This document shows, one piece after another, positions 1-10,234 of a DNA stretch of 30,271 bases. The position numbers were made by a program, and so were the translations under genes. The stretch lies in assembly GCA_964633455.1 (NCBI GenBank), contig CAZWFZ010000001.1, forward strand, positions 1-30,271, written 5' to 3'. The stretch's first letter is position 1. Each line of letters starts with the position of its first letter. Source of the DNA: an uncultured Candidatus Peribacteria bacterium (lineage in GTDB: Bacteria; Patescibacteriota; Gracilibacteria; Absconditabacterales; Absconditicoccaceae). The notes beneath the pieces were generated by a model, which saw only the letters and a program-made list of their open reading frames with translations, was not told where the DNA came from and did not search any database.

Positions 1-11
1 AGAACTTTTTG

Positions 12-55
12 CTTCTTTTTGGGTCATGCCAAAAAGAAGGCCACCCCGGCAGGGG
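12..55. repeat. Intergenic palindromic (REP-like) hairpin pair
   Basis: 11-bp inverted repeat CTTCTTTTTGG (12-22) / CCAAAAAGAAG (29-39), then CCCC-GGCA-GGGG (44-55). May be truncated by the window edge. Confidence 0.5.
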
Positions 56-79
56 GAATATTACTTTTATAAAACAGGT

Positions 80-781
80 ATGCTTAATCTTACCAAGATA
101 CGAAGAAGTTTCCTCAACTTCCTCCTCCCACCCCACTGCCTTGTTTGCGAACAGATCGGCTCCTACTTTTGCAATACATGTAAAAAGAAGCTCGAACTAC
201 ACCCACCCATCTGTCCTGTTTGTCATCAACCTTCACGTGAATTCCGTAGATGCTTGGGATGTCACTGACCATTGGATCAAGTACTCATTATGTTCACCTA
301 CTCCCCCGCCATACAAACGCTTATTAAGCAATTTAAATATGGACATAGCTCGCTTCTCGCTGAATTTCTTTGAACACAATTGGCTTTACATATGAGCACC
401 CAAGAACACTGGCAAGCATATAAAGAAAAAGTGGTGATTACCTCCATCCCTATGCATCGATACAAGCAATATCGAGTTAGGTGATTCAATCAAGCCAAAC
501 TTTTGGCACAAACCTGTGCCAGAGAACTAGATATTCCTTACCACGACCTACTCATCAAACAACAATGGACTTTTTCACAAGCAAGTAAATCAAAAAACAC
601 GAGAGAAGACTCACTACAAAAGGTATTTAGAGCTTCTGAAGCGGATTTTGTTCCGAAACATATTATTTTGGTCGATGATGTGATGACCACAGGAAGCACG
701 CTGGTGCAGGCAGCCAATGTGCTCAAACAAAAATATCCTCAAGCAACTATCTGGTGAGCAGTGATTGCCAGAAATGGGTAA
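80..781 (+). CDS. comF: ComF family competence protein (double zinc ribbon + phosphoribosyltransferase domain), 233 aa
   Basis: Single frame with TGA=Gly. CxxC motifs (CLVC, CNTC, CPVC, CLGC), conserved R[TGA]FNQA = RGFNQA at 479-496, IILVDDVMTTGSTL; ends at TAA 779-781. Confidence 0.93.
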
Positions 782-797
782 AAATACAGTATATTTT

Positions 798-825
798 TTG
801 ACTTTATTCATAATTAATATATAAT
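798..825 (+). promoter_or_regulatory. Sigma70-type promoter upstream of the orphan at 855
   Basis: TTGACT (798-803), 16-bp spacer, TATAAT (820-825). Confidence 0.55.
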
Positions 826-854
826 ACATAAAACTTTATTCTTTTCTTCCTCAA

Positions 855-1787
855 ATGCTCTGATTTTTCAAAAAATCTGCAGAATCCAAAGAATTTACTA
901 CTTTTGAAGAGTGAATTATGCTTCTTCGTAAATGAGGCTGGTCGGATCAACAGATTGAGGAATTTATGAGAATGTCTCATCAAGAAATAGAAAGGGAGGC
1001 TGAAACACAAAGAGAGTATGAGGCAGAACTCACTCCAGAACAAAGACAAAAAGGATTAGATCATTATTCACAAAGCATTTCTGATTTATTTACTGAATCC
1101 TGAAAATTTAATGGTAGAAAAACAATATATGACAAAAATAAGGAAGCACAAGAACTTAAAAAAGAGATAATTAAACAAAAAGCAAAAAAATGTGCAGACA
1201 TACTAGAAAAAGTTTTTTGGTCACTCAAAAGCGAAAGTCCACTTAAGAGCAGATTTGATGTATATGGCACAGACGCTTGATGGGATGCTATCACACAAGC
1301 AGTAGATAAGTCTTATGGTATGCGGGAAGCGGCGACTATATTTGACTGAGTGAAGTGACTTCTCGAACAAAAATGACTTTCAATGAATCGTCCCGCATAC
1401 GACTATTTTGTTCAAAAAGAAAGATGAGGTGGTGTATGGTTAGACGTAGGGATTATAGGTGAAGATACGATAAGGGAAAAAGAAATTGAAAAAAGAGCAG
1501 TCACCTGTGCTAAGGTACTTGAGCATATCTATACTGATCTATCAAAGGAGAATACCGAGGAAAATGAATTTGACCTCTATGAAAATCCCTTCGGTAAGGA
1601 TGCAATTTTGCAGGCATTAGCTTGATACGAAGATGGATTACGTACAGATGAAATATTAAAGAAACTTGTAACTCTACTCGAACAGAGAGGATATATCTGT
1701 TCTTGTCCTACTATTGACTATTTTATGGCAAAACAACTTAAAGGATATTTCTATGTATCCAAAAAGATTGTTGGAAAAGAGGTGTAG
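855..1787 (+). CDS. Hypothetical protein with two tandem ~95-aa homologous domains, 310 aa
   Basis: Open from ATG 855 to TAG 1785-1787 when TGA=Gly; absent from the standard-code track. An internal repeat is visible in the translation. Confidence 0.8.
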
Positions 1788-1906
1788 ACATTATTGTCCA
1801 CTTCTTTGATTTTTGTCTACACAAATTTTTGACATTCTTTTACAAATTGGCTTTTGTAGCCAAAAAATAAAAGTGCTGTATTGTAAAAAAAGAGTAGACA
1901 CACCCT

Positions 1907-3022
1907 TTATTTGACGAAGTGAGAAAATGTAGTTCGCTGTGCCTGAGGTAATCGGCGACGTCCATGTTCCAAAAGGTAATCAGAAGGAACTAGATGTTGT
2001 ATACAACGACGTCCAAGGAGCGAAAGAATAAGACTACCAAAAAGTGCTTTGACAAATACAAATGGAGTAAGCCAAGATGAAGCTTGCTGAAGATATCCCC
2101 CCAGCGAAGAGGCAGAAATAAGTTGTTGTTCGCTAGTTACTTGTGCAGGGAAAGGATGAAACAGTCCTACCTCATGATACATCACTCGTTCCTGGGGAGC
2201 ACGCGGAACTAGAGCCAGCGGAACCCAACCAATGAGTCTTTGGACACCGTGTCGCCAAATGAGATCAGGCTGAAACTGCTTTTGGGTATGCATCAAACGG
2301 AGAGCAAAAGGAATATTGCAATAACTACCCAGGAAATTGAACCATTTTTTCCACCCACTAGGTCTCTCACAAGAGCCAACCAACTGTACCTCAAAACCAT
2401 GATCTATCAGAAGATGATACACATTTTGAAGATACTGTTCCACGCCTCCTAGTGGACAAATATAGTCAGAAACGAGCAAAATACGGCCAGATTGTTTCCC
2501 GAGCAATGATTTGAAAGCACTCATCCACACCTGTTCTGTATACTTATTTGCAATTGTGCGTGCGTCTGTGCGGCGATCCGGCAGCTCTCCATTGGTCATT
2601 TTGGTAAGGAGAGTAAGCATTTGTTCGGTATAGGATCACTGCTCATCCAACTGATACTCTGGGAAAATAAAGGGCATAATACCTCCTTTTGCAAATCCTA
2701 CTACCGGCACACCTAGTTGGAGCGACTCCAATGCACTCATCCCAAACGTTTCCAAGAAAAGAGACGGCATGAGGGTAATATCAGCCTGTTGTCGGGTATA
2801 ATTTATAGCTTCTTTGGGTTGAAACCCATGGAAAGTAACGAAAGGAAGGGAAGGAAGCACTGCTTCCAGCTCGGGCTGCAAAGCACCGGATCAAAAAATA
2901 TGACAATGGACACTACTCACCAAGGGGGATTGTTTGAGTGCTTGCAGGAGTTCCAAGACCAAATGAAAACCCTTCTCCTTAGTCAGTCTCCCCACAAAGA
3001 TCATCGTCACCTGTTGCGTCAT
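1907..3022 (-). CDS. GT4-family (GT-B) glycosyltransferase with swapped domain order, ~371 aa
   Basis: Track ORFs 2636-2881 and 1907-2620 share a frame and join through TGA. N-half has IFVGRLTKEKG, HIFGSG and ETFGMSALE (EX7E); C-half has RILLVSDYICPLGGVEQY. Alternative starts at 3004 or 3034. Confidence 0.85.
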
Positions 3023-3698
3023 GTATTGTACCATTATAAAAACCCACCACAAATTCTCCTTTGCTTGGGATAGTTCATTTCTTCACTTGTTCCAAAATAA
3101 CGGCTACATCTCCGCACGCAAGTTGCTCATGGAGTTTGGAGAGTTCTCTTGCAATCAAGACACGGCCGGTAAATCATAAGGTAATCATTTCTTCAAGAAG
3201 TTTTTGTATTCTATGAACGGATTCATACAAAAAGACCGGGATCGGCGAAGCAATTATTTCACGTTGCATAGTTTGTTTTCCTTTTTTCTTGGGGAGAAAA
3301 CCGTAAAAGGCGAAACGATTGGTAGGAAATCGTGCTGCCACAACCGCTGGCACAAGAGCATTTGTTCCTGGTAGGACGCTAAAAGGTATATTATTTTCTC
3401 GACATAATCTAATAATTGTTTTACCAGGATCTGACAATCCTGGTGTGCCCGCGTCAGAAAGTAAACCTGCGTCTTGGGTGCGTAATAAATTGATGAAATT
3501 ATCCAATTGGTGTGGAGAGGTGAAACTCGTTAAAGAAAAAAATTGTTTTCCCTCGTGTGGTATGTTATATAAATGAAAAAGTCTCTTGGCAGTTCTGGTA
3601 TCTTCGCAGAAAAAAAGCGACAAAGAGGATAAGAAACCTTTGGCTCTGATAGTGATATCTTCGAGGTTACCTACAGGGGTAGGAAGGACATACAACAT
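2979..3698 (-). CDS. rsmI: 16S rRNA (cytidine1402-2'-O)-methyltransferase RsmI, 239 aa
   Basis: MLYVLPTPVGNLEDIT, CEDTR, SDAGTPGLSDPG, FYGFLP, YESVHR. Read-through of TGA 3174-3176 gives RELSKLHEQ and KGEFVV; TAA at 2979-2981. Confidence 0.95.
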
Positions 3699-3718
3699 AG
3701 CAAACGTATAAATAAATT

Positions 3719-4231
3719 TTAGTGAGACTCTTTTTCTTCTAACAAAAGTACCTCCCTCAGAGGTTGTTCATGAAATTTTAGTTCATGATTACCGTCAATA
3801 AATATGCTTATATCACGATTATATGCTTTTTCATATCACGAAAGATCCCATGGTAGATGTGGATATTGAACCAATAACTCATCTATGTTGGGTATTACTA
3901 CCTCAATATGTTGTCGTCCATTGAGATAGTGATGAGTTGCTTTGGGAGCTGGTAGTTCAATCAAAGAATCATATTTTAAAACATTACTCTTCAACCATAA
4001 ACATTCAAAAACACTCACATTTCTTCCTCCAATTATTTTCTCAGAGAGATGACTACTTCTTGTGGCATGAAGTTGATTTTTGACATGCTGATACAGAAGT
4101 ACACTATCTACTCTCAAACATCGATGGTCTATGAAGGCATCATGAAGGGCTATGTTAAATTTTTCCTTTACCTGAGAAAGTGTCTCTTGTGCATAGGTAT
4201 CTGCTGATTCTAGATAGTGGAAGATATCCAT
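3719..4231 (-). CDS. YecM-like VOC family protein, 170 aa
   Basis: DHxCLRV, IIGGRNV, IELPAPK, G[CGA]QHIE (GWEH-like), LKFHEQPL after TGA read-through; TAA at 3719-3721. Confidence 0.8.
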
Positions 4232-4252
4232 AATACCAGAGAAAATAAAAAA

Positions 4253-5536
4253 TTATTTCATCTCAAGTTTTACTTGTTCCACCAGTTGTGCAGATTTTTT
4301 GATAACAGTTATTTTGTAGACATCTGTTTCATACGTGTCATGCAAAGCAGGAATACGATTGAGCATAGTATTGAGAAATCCAGCTAGGGTAGTATATTCT
4401 TCGTCTTCTGGGAGATCAAAAGGAAGATATTCATTTATTTCATTGATGGAAAGTGTGGCATTGATATGGTACACTCATGTCCCGTGTTCTGTCACCGGTT
4501 TCTCCATATCATCAGATTCATCATGAATATCACCTACCAACTCCTCTACTACATCTTCCAAACTGACTATACCTACGGTAGTGCCGTACTCAGAAGTTAC
4601 AATAGCAAAGTGTTGTTTCATTCTCTTCATATTTGCCAATAATGCACTTATAGTTTGGTTCTCAGGAACAAAGTATAAAGGTCTCAACAACTCTCTGAGT
4701 GAGAACTCTTTCTTTTGATAAATATAAGTCAAAATATCTTTGGTAAGTATCCAACCTATCAAGTTATCTTCTCCTCATGCATAGACAGGTACTCTAGAAT
4801 ATCCTTCTTCGATAATTGCCTTTATATTTTCTTCTTGGTTATCCTCAATATCAATAGCAAATAATTTATTCTTGTTGGTCATTACATCACATACTTCTTT
4901 GTCATCGAATTCAAATACATTGTGGATAAGCTCTCTTTCTGATGCAGTAATTTCTCCTTCCTCCTCACTTTCAACTACAATCATACGAAGTTCCTCTTCA
5001 CTATGTGCCTCTTCTTCATTGGTAGGAGTAATACCAAATAAGAAAAGTAACTTAATCGACATTCGATTAAGCATCTTGATGAACGGGTTGAATAAACGAG
5101 TAAACCAAATAAGTGGTTTAACGATAGCCAAAGATGTCTCCAAGGGAAAACGAATTGCAAGTGACTTGGGAGCGAGTTCTCCAAGTACAATATGCAACAT
5201 AGTAATCACCAAGAAAGACAAAGGAAGTGCCAATGAATGCAAAAATGCTTCTGAAACACCAATATCTAGGTAAGAGAAAAGGTACTCAAACAGTTTCAAA
5301 AAAGTTTCTTCTCCCACCCAACCAAGGGCAAGACTTGCTAGAGTAATTCCCAACTGACAAGCGGATAAATACCAATCTAGATGTTCTTTTACATATTTCA
5401 CCAGCGCTGCTTTAGCAGATCACTGTCTTACCAAAACATCCAACTGGGATTCTCTCAACTTTACAATTGCAAACTCTGTTGCAACGAAATAACCATTGAG
5501 CAATATCAAGAAAGCGGTAAATAGCCACAGGGCCAT
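4253..5536 (-). CDS. HlyC/CorC family (CNNM + CBS + CorC-HlyC) transporter / hemolysin-like protein, 427 aa
   Basis: Three same-frame track ORFs joined by TGA. LLNGYFVATEFAIV, QLGITLASLALGW, GELAPKSLA, YSRVPVY, EYGTTVGIVSLEDVVEELVGDIHDE. Confidence 0.93.
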
Positions 5537-5690
5537 AGAAACATATTTATAAAGAATAAAATCAAAATCCTTGACAATTTTTTACTGATTATGAATATAA
5601 TATAATGACTCAAATATGCAAGAGAGGAAACAAAAAAACACCTCACGGTGCTTTGATAATTCGTGCATTTGGTTAGCTGGCCTTTTGAAT

Positions 5691-5738
5691 AACCCTCCGG
5701 CTCGTTACACTCGCCACCTCCCTTCTAAAGGGAGGAAC
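5691..5738 (+). repeat. Short variant of the intergenic palindromic repeat family
   Basis: CCTCCGGCTCGTTACACTCGCCACCTCCCTTCTAAAGGGAGGAAC resembles 25361-25429 minus the 20-bp internal module. Confidence 0.7.
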
Positions 5739-5794
5739 AACGATAGGCAATTGCTTTGTATATTTGTCTATTTGCTAATTTGAATATTTGATTT

Positions 5795-5808
5795 AGGCAT
5801 CGGTGGGA
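5795..5808 (-). repeat. 14-bp duplication of the tRNA-Cys 3' end (att-like)
   Basis: AGGCATCGGTGGGA at 5795-5808 is identical to 5880-5893. Confidence 0.75.
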
Positions 5809-5879
5809 CCTCGGTCCCAAGGCAACTATAGTAAATAAGGATCTTTTCTTTATTTCTCTTCTTACTTTTTCAAAGGAAA

Positions 5880-5954
5880 AGGCATCGGTGGGATTCGAAC
5901 CCACGGTTGTAAAGCTTTGCAGGCTCCTGCATTGGACCACTCTGCCACGATGCC
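5880..5954 (-). tRNA. tRNA-Cys(GCA)
   Basis: Cloverleaf: GGCATCG/CGATGCC acceptor, GGAGC-CTGCAAA-GCTTT anticodon arm, GTGGG-TTCGAAT-CCCAC T arm, U73; CCA not encoded. Confidence 0.95.
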
Positions 5955-6022
5955 GTGACTCACTGTATAGGTAAATAGAAGCTATTTTCAATGGATTTAT
6001 CGGTCTGTGAAAAGAAATCACG

Positions 6023-6919
6023 CTATGCTCGTAGTTTTTCAGGATAGTTTCCTGCTTTTACAAGTTCGGCAATATGGGATTGAACGAAAGGTTTATCCTC
6101 TGGGTTAGTAACTCCACATCGGAAATCTTCGCTTTTATATACTGCACAGGTTGCTTGTTGTTGGGTAATAAGTTGATCTACAACGAGCGGAATAAAGTAT
6201 TCACCTCACTTGGTCGGATCATACGTAGACAAAAATTGGGTGAATCATTGTTCTGCAGCGGAGAAAAACTCTGGATAAAATCACCAAAAATTCATAGAGA
6301 CCACTTCGTCTCCAGTAAAGGTGGTTCCTGATTCATCTTCCAGTACTCCTTGATCATTTTTCTTGATCTTGAGGCGTTCAACTATATGATCCAAAACGCC
6401 GTCATGGGTTGCACACACTCCTCTATTTACCGAACCAAAAGGTGAAATGGTGTTACGTAAGGTATACCCCACCAACGCTATACGCTCTGCATGAGGGTTG
6501 CTCAAAAAGGTGGCTATTTGTTGATAGGCGTGTGCTCCATAGAAATCATCTGCATTAATGACCGCAAAAGGAGTATCTATTACTTCCTTAGCAACCAGTA
6601 CCGCATGGGCAGTACCTCGGGGCTTTTGACGTTCAGCTAGCAAGGGTGTATATATTTCTGGGAGAAGTGTATTTGCTTCTTGGTAGACATAGACGACTTC
6701 GACGGACTGAGCAATACGGTTACCAATACGTGCCTTAAATTCATCCGCAAAATATTCGCGAATCACAAACACTACTTTGTCAAAACCAGCACGGATTGCA
6801 TCATAGACACTATACTCGAGCAATGACTCTTCATGAGGACCAAAACCATCCATTTGTTTGAGACCACCGTAGCGGGATCCCATTCAAGCAGCCAACACCA
6901 ATAACGTAAGTTTTGCCAT
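6023..6919 (-). CDS. Sugar-phosphate nucleotidyltransferase family protein, 298 aa
   Basis: LVLAA[TGA]MGSRYGGLKQ, KP[CGA]GTAHAVL, FAVINADDFYG, VSMNFW[TGA]F, [CGA]CGVTNPEDK; TAG at 6023-6025. Confidence 0.92.
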
Positions 6920-6985
6920 AAAGTATACATAAAAAAATAAGAGGCGGTCACTATAGGCAAAAACCTACAACTAGCAAGCTTAATT

Positions 6986-7036
6986 TCCCTCTCCCTCTGG
7001 GGAGCACCCTAAAGGGTATAAAGGCTAGGGTGAGGG
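6986..7036. repeat. CCCTCTCCC-type palindromic element with an inserted mini-hairpin
   Basis: CCCTCTCCCTCTGGGGAG[CACCCTAAAGGGTATAAA]GGCTAGGGTGAGGG; GC-rich island in AT-rich intergenic DNA. Confidence 0.6.
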
Positions 7037-7053
7037 TAGAGTGTCACGAACCA

Positions 7054-7116
7054 GTTTCCCCCTTTTAGAAAGGCCTCGGTGCCCGTATGGGTAGGGTGGC
7101 CAAAGGCCGGGGGATT
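7054..7116 (-). repeat. Intergenic palindromic repeat, inverted copy of 25361-25429
   Basis: 7054-7100 is the exact 47-bp reverse complement of 25383-25429; both also share the AATCCCCCGGC end. Confidence 0.92.
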
Positions 7117-7200
7117 ATTCAAATGGTCAACGCAAGTAAATTGGTATCTTAGTGTCGGTTGGGTATAAAGACTTTTACAGATTTTTTACAGCATAAACTT

Positions 7201-8739
7201 CTAGCCTACAAATAAGCTTTTAGCCCTATATTGCGTAGCTTCCGCAAGATGTTGTCTAGACACTACTGGACATGTATCAATATCGGCTATTGTTCTCGCA
7301 ACTTTGATAAGTTTATGGGCAACTCTGGGCGAGAGATGATACAAGGAAACATATTCACTAATGAATTGTCTGGCTTCATGAGATAATGGTATATATGATG
7401 CTATATGTTTGGCTGGGATAGTTGCATTGGTACTAATTGGTGTGCCTGCAAATCTATTAGACTGCTCTTGTCGACAGTTGAGGATCATCTCTTGAAAATT
7501 GGGAGAGGAAGTGGTTGTTTGGGGATCTAGAATAGTATCGATAGACTGTCTTGGAATCTCTACGATAAGATCAAATCTATCAAGCAATGGTCAGGAAATT
7601 CTCTGTTGATAGTTTTTGATATCATTGAGTGAACATACACACGGTTTCTCTCTGTCTTTATAATATCCACAACGACACGGGTTCATAGCTGCCACAAACA
7701 TCACTTGTGCAGGATAGGTGACAGATCCATGGGCACGAGAAATCACGATAGATTTGTCTTCGAGTGGTTGTCTCAATACCTCAAGTACTTCTCTCGGAAA
7801 CTCTGGTAACTCATCAAAAAACAGTACTCCCAAATGTGCTAGACTCACCTCTCCCGGCACAAGTTGTTGTCCACCACCGACGATTGCTACTTTGGAAGCC
7901 GTATGATGGACACTTCTAAAAGGCCTTTTGGTAATCAGTGGATGCTCTTGGGAAAGTAGTCATGCCACTGAGTATATCTGACTTATTTCTAGTATTTGTG
8001 GAAAGGTAAGGGGTGGCAAGAGACCAGGTAGTGCTTTGGCTAACAAAGATTTACCGCTTCCTGGGGGACCAACCAGGAGAATGTTGTGCATACCAGCTGC
8101 AGCTATGGTGAGTGCTCTTTTGGCTAGCAAATGACCAGAGATAGCATGAAAGTCCTCGTTAGGAGCTAACGAAGAAGTCAGGAGATGATCTGGTGAGAGA
8201 ATAGGGTGAGGTTGAAGTTTATGTAGCGAAGCACAATGATCGATGATCTGCTGAAAATGAGCAACGGGAAAAAGCGTAATATCTGGAATATAAGCAAGTT
8301 CATGGATATTTTCTTGGGGTACGACAAAATGGGTGTATCCTTGTTTCTTGGCGCTGATCAACGAAGGAAGTAATCATGCCACATATTTGATAGTGCCCTC
8401 TAGACCTAACTCGCCAAAGAACAACCAATTACCAAACCCAGTGTGATAGGTGGTTTCTTCTCTCACCAAATGAAGGAGTGCTACCGCAATAGGTAAATCA
8501 TATCTCGTCCCAATTTTTTTCATCTCACTGGGTGCAAGATTGACTACTAGTCTGCGAGGTGGGAGAGAGAGACAACAATTCTTGAAGGTGGATCTTATCC
8601 TCTCTTTGGCTTCTTTGATAGCCAAATCAGGGAGTCCAATTATCTCTATTTTGGGTAATCCATTACTTTGATCAGCCTCAACCGTCAGCTCATATCACTG
8701 CAGTCACCATGGTGCAAAAGTTTTGATGCAAACGCTCAT
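7201..8739 (-). CDS. comM: ComM/YifB Mg-chelatase-like AAA+ ATPase, 512 aa
   Basis: Four same-frame fragments joined by [74 protein letters not shown][TGA]PLLDRFD. Confidence 0.96.
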
Positions 8740-8902
8740 GTACTCTCGATAGATAAAACAATTTAAAAATTGTTTGATCGAAGAGAGTTAGCCCATTTTA
8801 TCTGCGTGGGAAACTGATGCGGTAATTCTCTTCGAATAGAGAGAGTACAAGAAAAGAATAAGAAATAACAAAGAATTTCTACAGAATATTTAAAGAATAT
8901 TA

Positions 8903-10210
8903 TTATGAAAAGAGATTGACGAGAACATTCACAAATACGTATGCTACGATCGCTATACCAATACCAATCACCGCGTAGAGTATCAAATCTTGTGCCGTTT
9001 TGAGTGACTTAGCATCTCCTCTAGAAGTCATCAAAAGGAAGCCACCATACAAGAGTACAAGGAATGCTACTAGTCCAATAATAATCCACAACCACTCATT
9101 GATCAACCTAAATATATTGAAAAAACTCTGATCATCTTCTGATGGAGTTAAAATATCCGTATTGGTAACAATATCCCTCTTCCATTCATGGGGAATTTCT
9201 ATTCTCAGATCTCCCCTATTTTTGTCTGTGCCATTAGTTGCACCAGCTGTAGGATTTCCAGCCGTTGCTGTACTTCACGCTGTCGCGGTTCATGCTGTCG
9301 CGGTTCATGCCGTTGCCGTTCAAGCAGTCGCGGTGCCTGCTGTTGCCGTTCATGCTGTTGCTGTGCCTGCTGTCGCTGTTCACGCCGTAGCTGTTCAGGC
9401 TGTCACCGTTCACGCTGTCGCTGTGCCTGCCGTTGCTGTTCACGCTGTCGCTGTTCACGCTGTCGCTGTGCCTGCTGTCGCTGTTCACGCTGTTGCCGTT
9501 CACGCTGTTGCTGTGCCTGCCGTTGCAGTTCATGCTGTCGCTGTTCACGCTGTCGCTGTGCCTGCTGTCGCGGTTCAAGCCGTTGCTGTGCCTGCCGTCG
9601 CTGTGCCTGCTGTCGCGGTTCAAGCCGTTGCTGTGCCTGCCGTCGCTGTGCCTGCTGTCGCGGTTCAAGCCGTTGCTGTGCCTGCCGTCGCCGTTCATGC
9701 TGTTGATCCTCCTCCATTTGAAGCTCAACCTCCACCAGGATTGGGGTCTTGACCATCTTCTATGCCGTCATTATCATCATCTGGGTCTTGATCGTCCGTG
9801 ATCCCATCACAATCTATATCATTGGGAGGTATACCACCTGCACCATACAGACAATATGCAAATTTCACCAATGTTTTATTAAGTTCTTCATCGAGCACAA
9901 TAAATCTTCCTGTCCCGCCGAAAGGACTAGGAACAAGTTGTGGTGGATAGAATCCTAATGCATGGGTGCCTTGTACAGGTCACAAAATAGTTAATCCCGA
10001 ATAGGGTGTGTACCGAAACAAGTTAAAGAAAAGTTGAGAAACAGGAGTCACATCATCCCAAAGCCCACCGTATGCTGCCAAATCTGCTGTATATGACTGT
10101 GCTTGCTCTATATAAAAAAGCGTAGGACCTGTATACACCGGCGCATTACTTGCGGAAGCAACTGAAAGGGAGCTTACCAAAGAGAGAAATCAGACAATCC
10201 AAAGTTTCAT
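8903..10210 (-). CDS. Secreted/membrane protein: signal peptide, Asp-rich DxDxDG motif, (TATAG)29 repeat, C-terminal TrbC/VirB2-like pilin domain, 435 aa
   Basis: Frame read continuously from ATG 10210 to TAA 8903-8905 with TGA=Gly. MKLWIVGFLSLVSSLSVASA start; DIDCDGITDDQDPDDDNDGIEDGQDPNP; two C-terminal hydrophobic helices around GGFLLMTSRGDAKSLKTAQ. Confidence 0.85.
9272..9703 (-). repeat. 15-bp coding tandem repeat, about 29 units (Thr-Ala-Thr-Ala-Gly)
   Basis: Gly codon every 15 nt from 9695-9697 to 9275-9277 (18 TGA, 11 GGC). Exact 45-bp higher-order copies at 9571-9615 and 9616-9660. Confidence 0.95.
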
Positions 10211-10234
10211 GACATAAGCTAACTACTAAATATA

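Noticed and set aside
26-79. Longer comF start at ATG 26
   Set aside because: That ATG lies in the loop of a palindromic element and the extension is not ComF-like; ATG 80 is preferred.
5616-5831. 71-codon plus-strand ORF (table 25) behind the promoter-like motif at 5571-5601
   Set aside because: It runs through a palindromic repeat and the tRNA-end duplication, has no recognisable motif, and the promoter spacer is 19 bp.
9272-9703. Possible CRISPR array
   Set aside because: Contiguous 15-bp units with no unique spacers, inside a CDS, and no cas genes in the window.
9162-9801. Repetitive ORFs in five other frames (VAVHA, CRC, SDS, QQAQR, LFTLS)
   Set aside because: Shadows of the 15-bp repeat. 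Only the TATAG frame links a signal peptide to the pilin-like domain and keeps variation synonymous.
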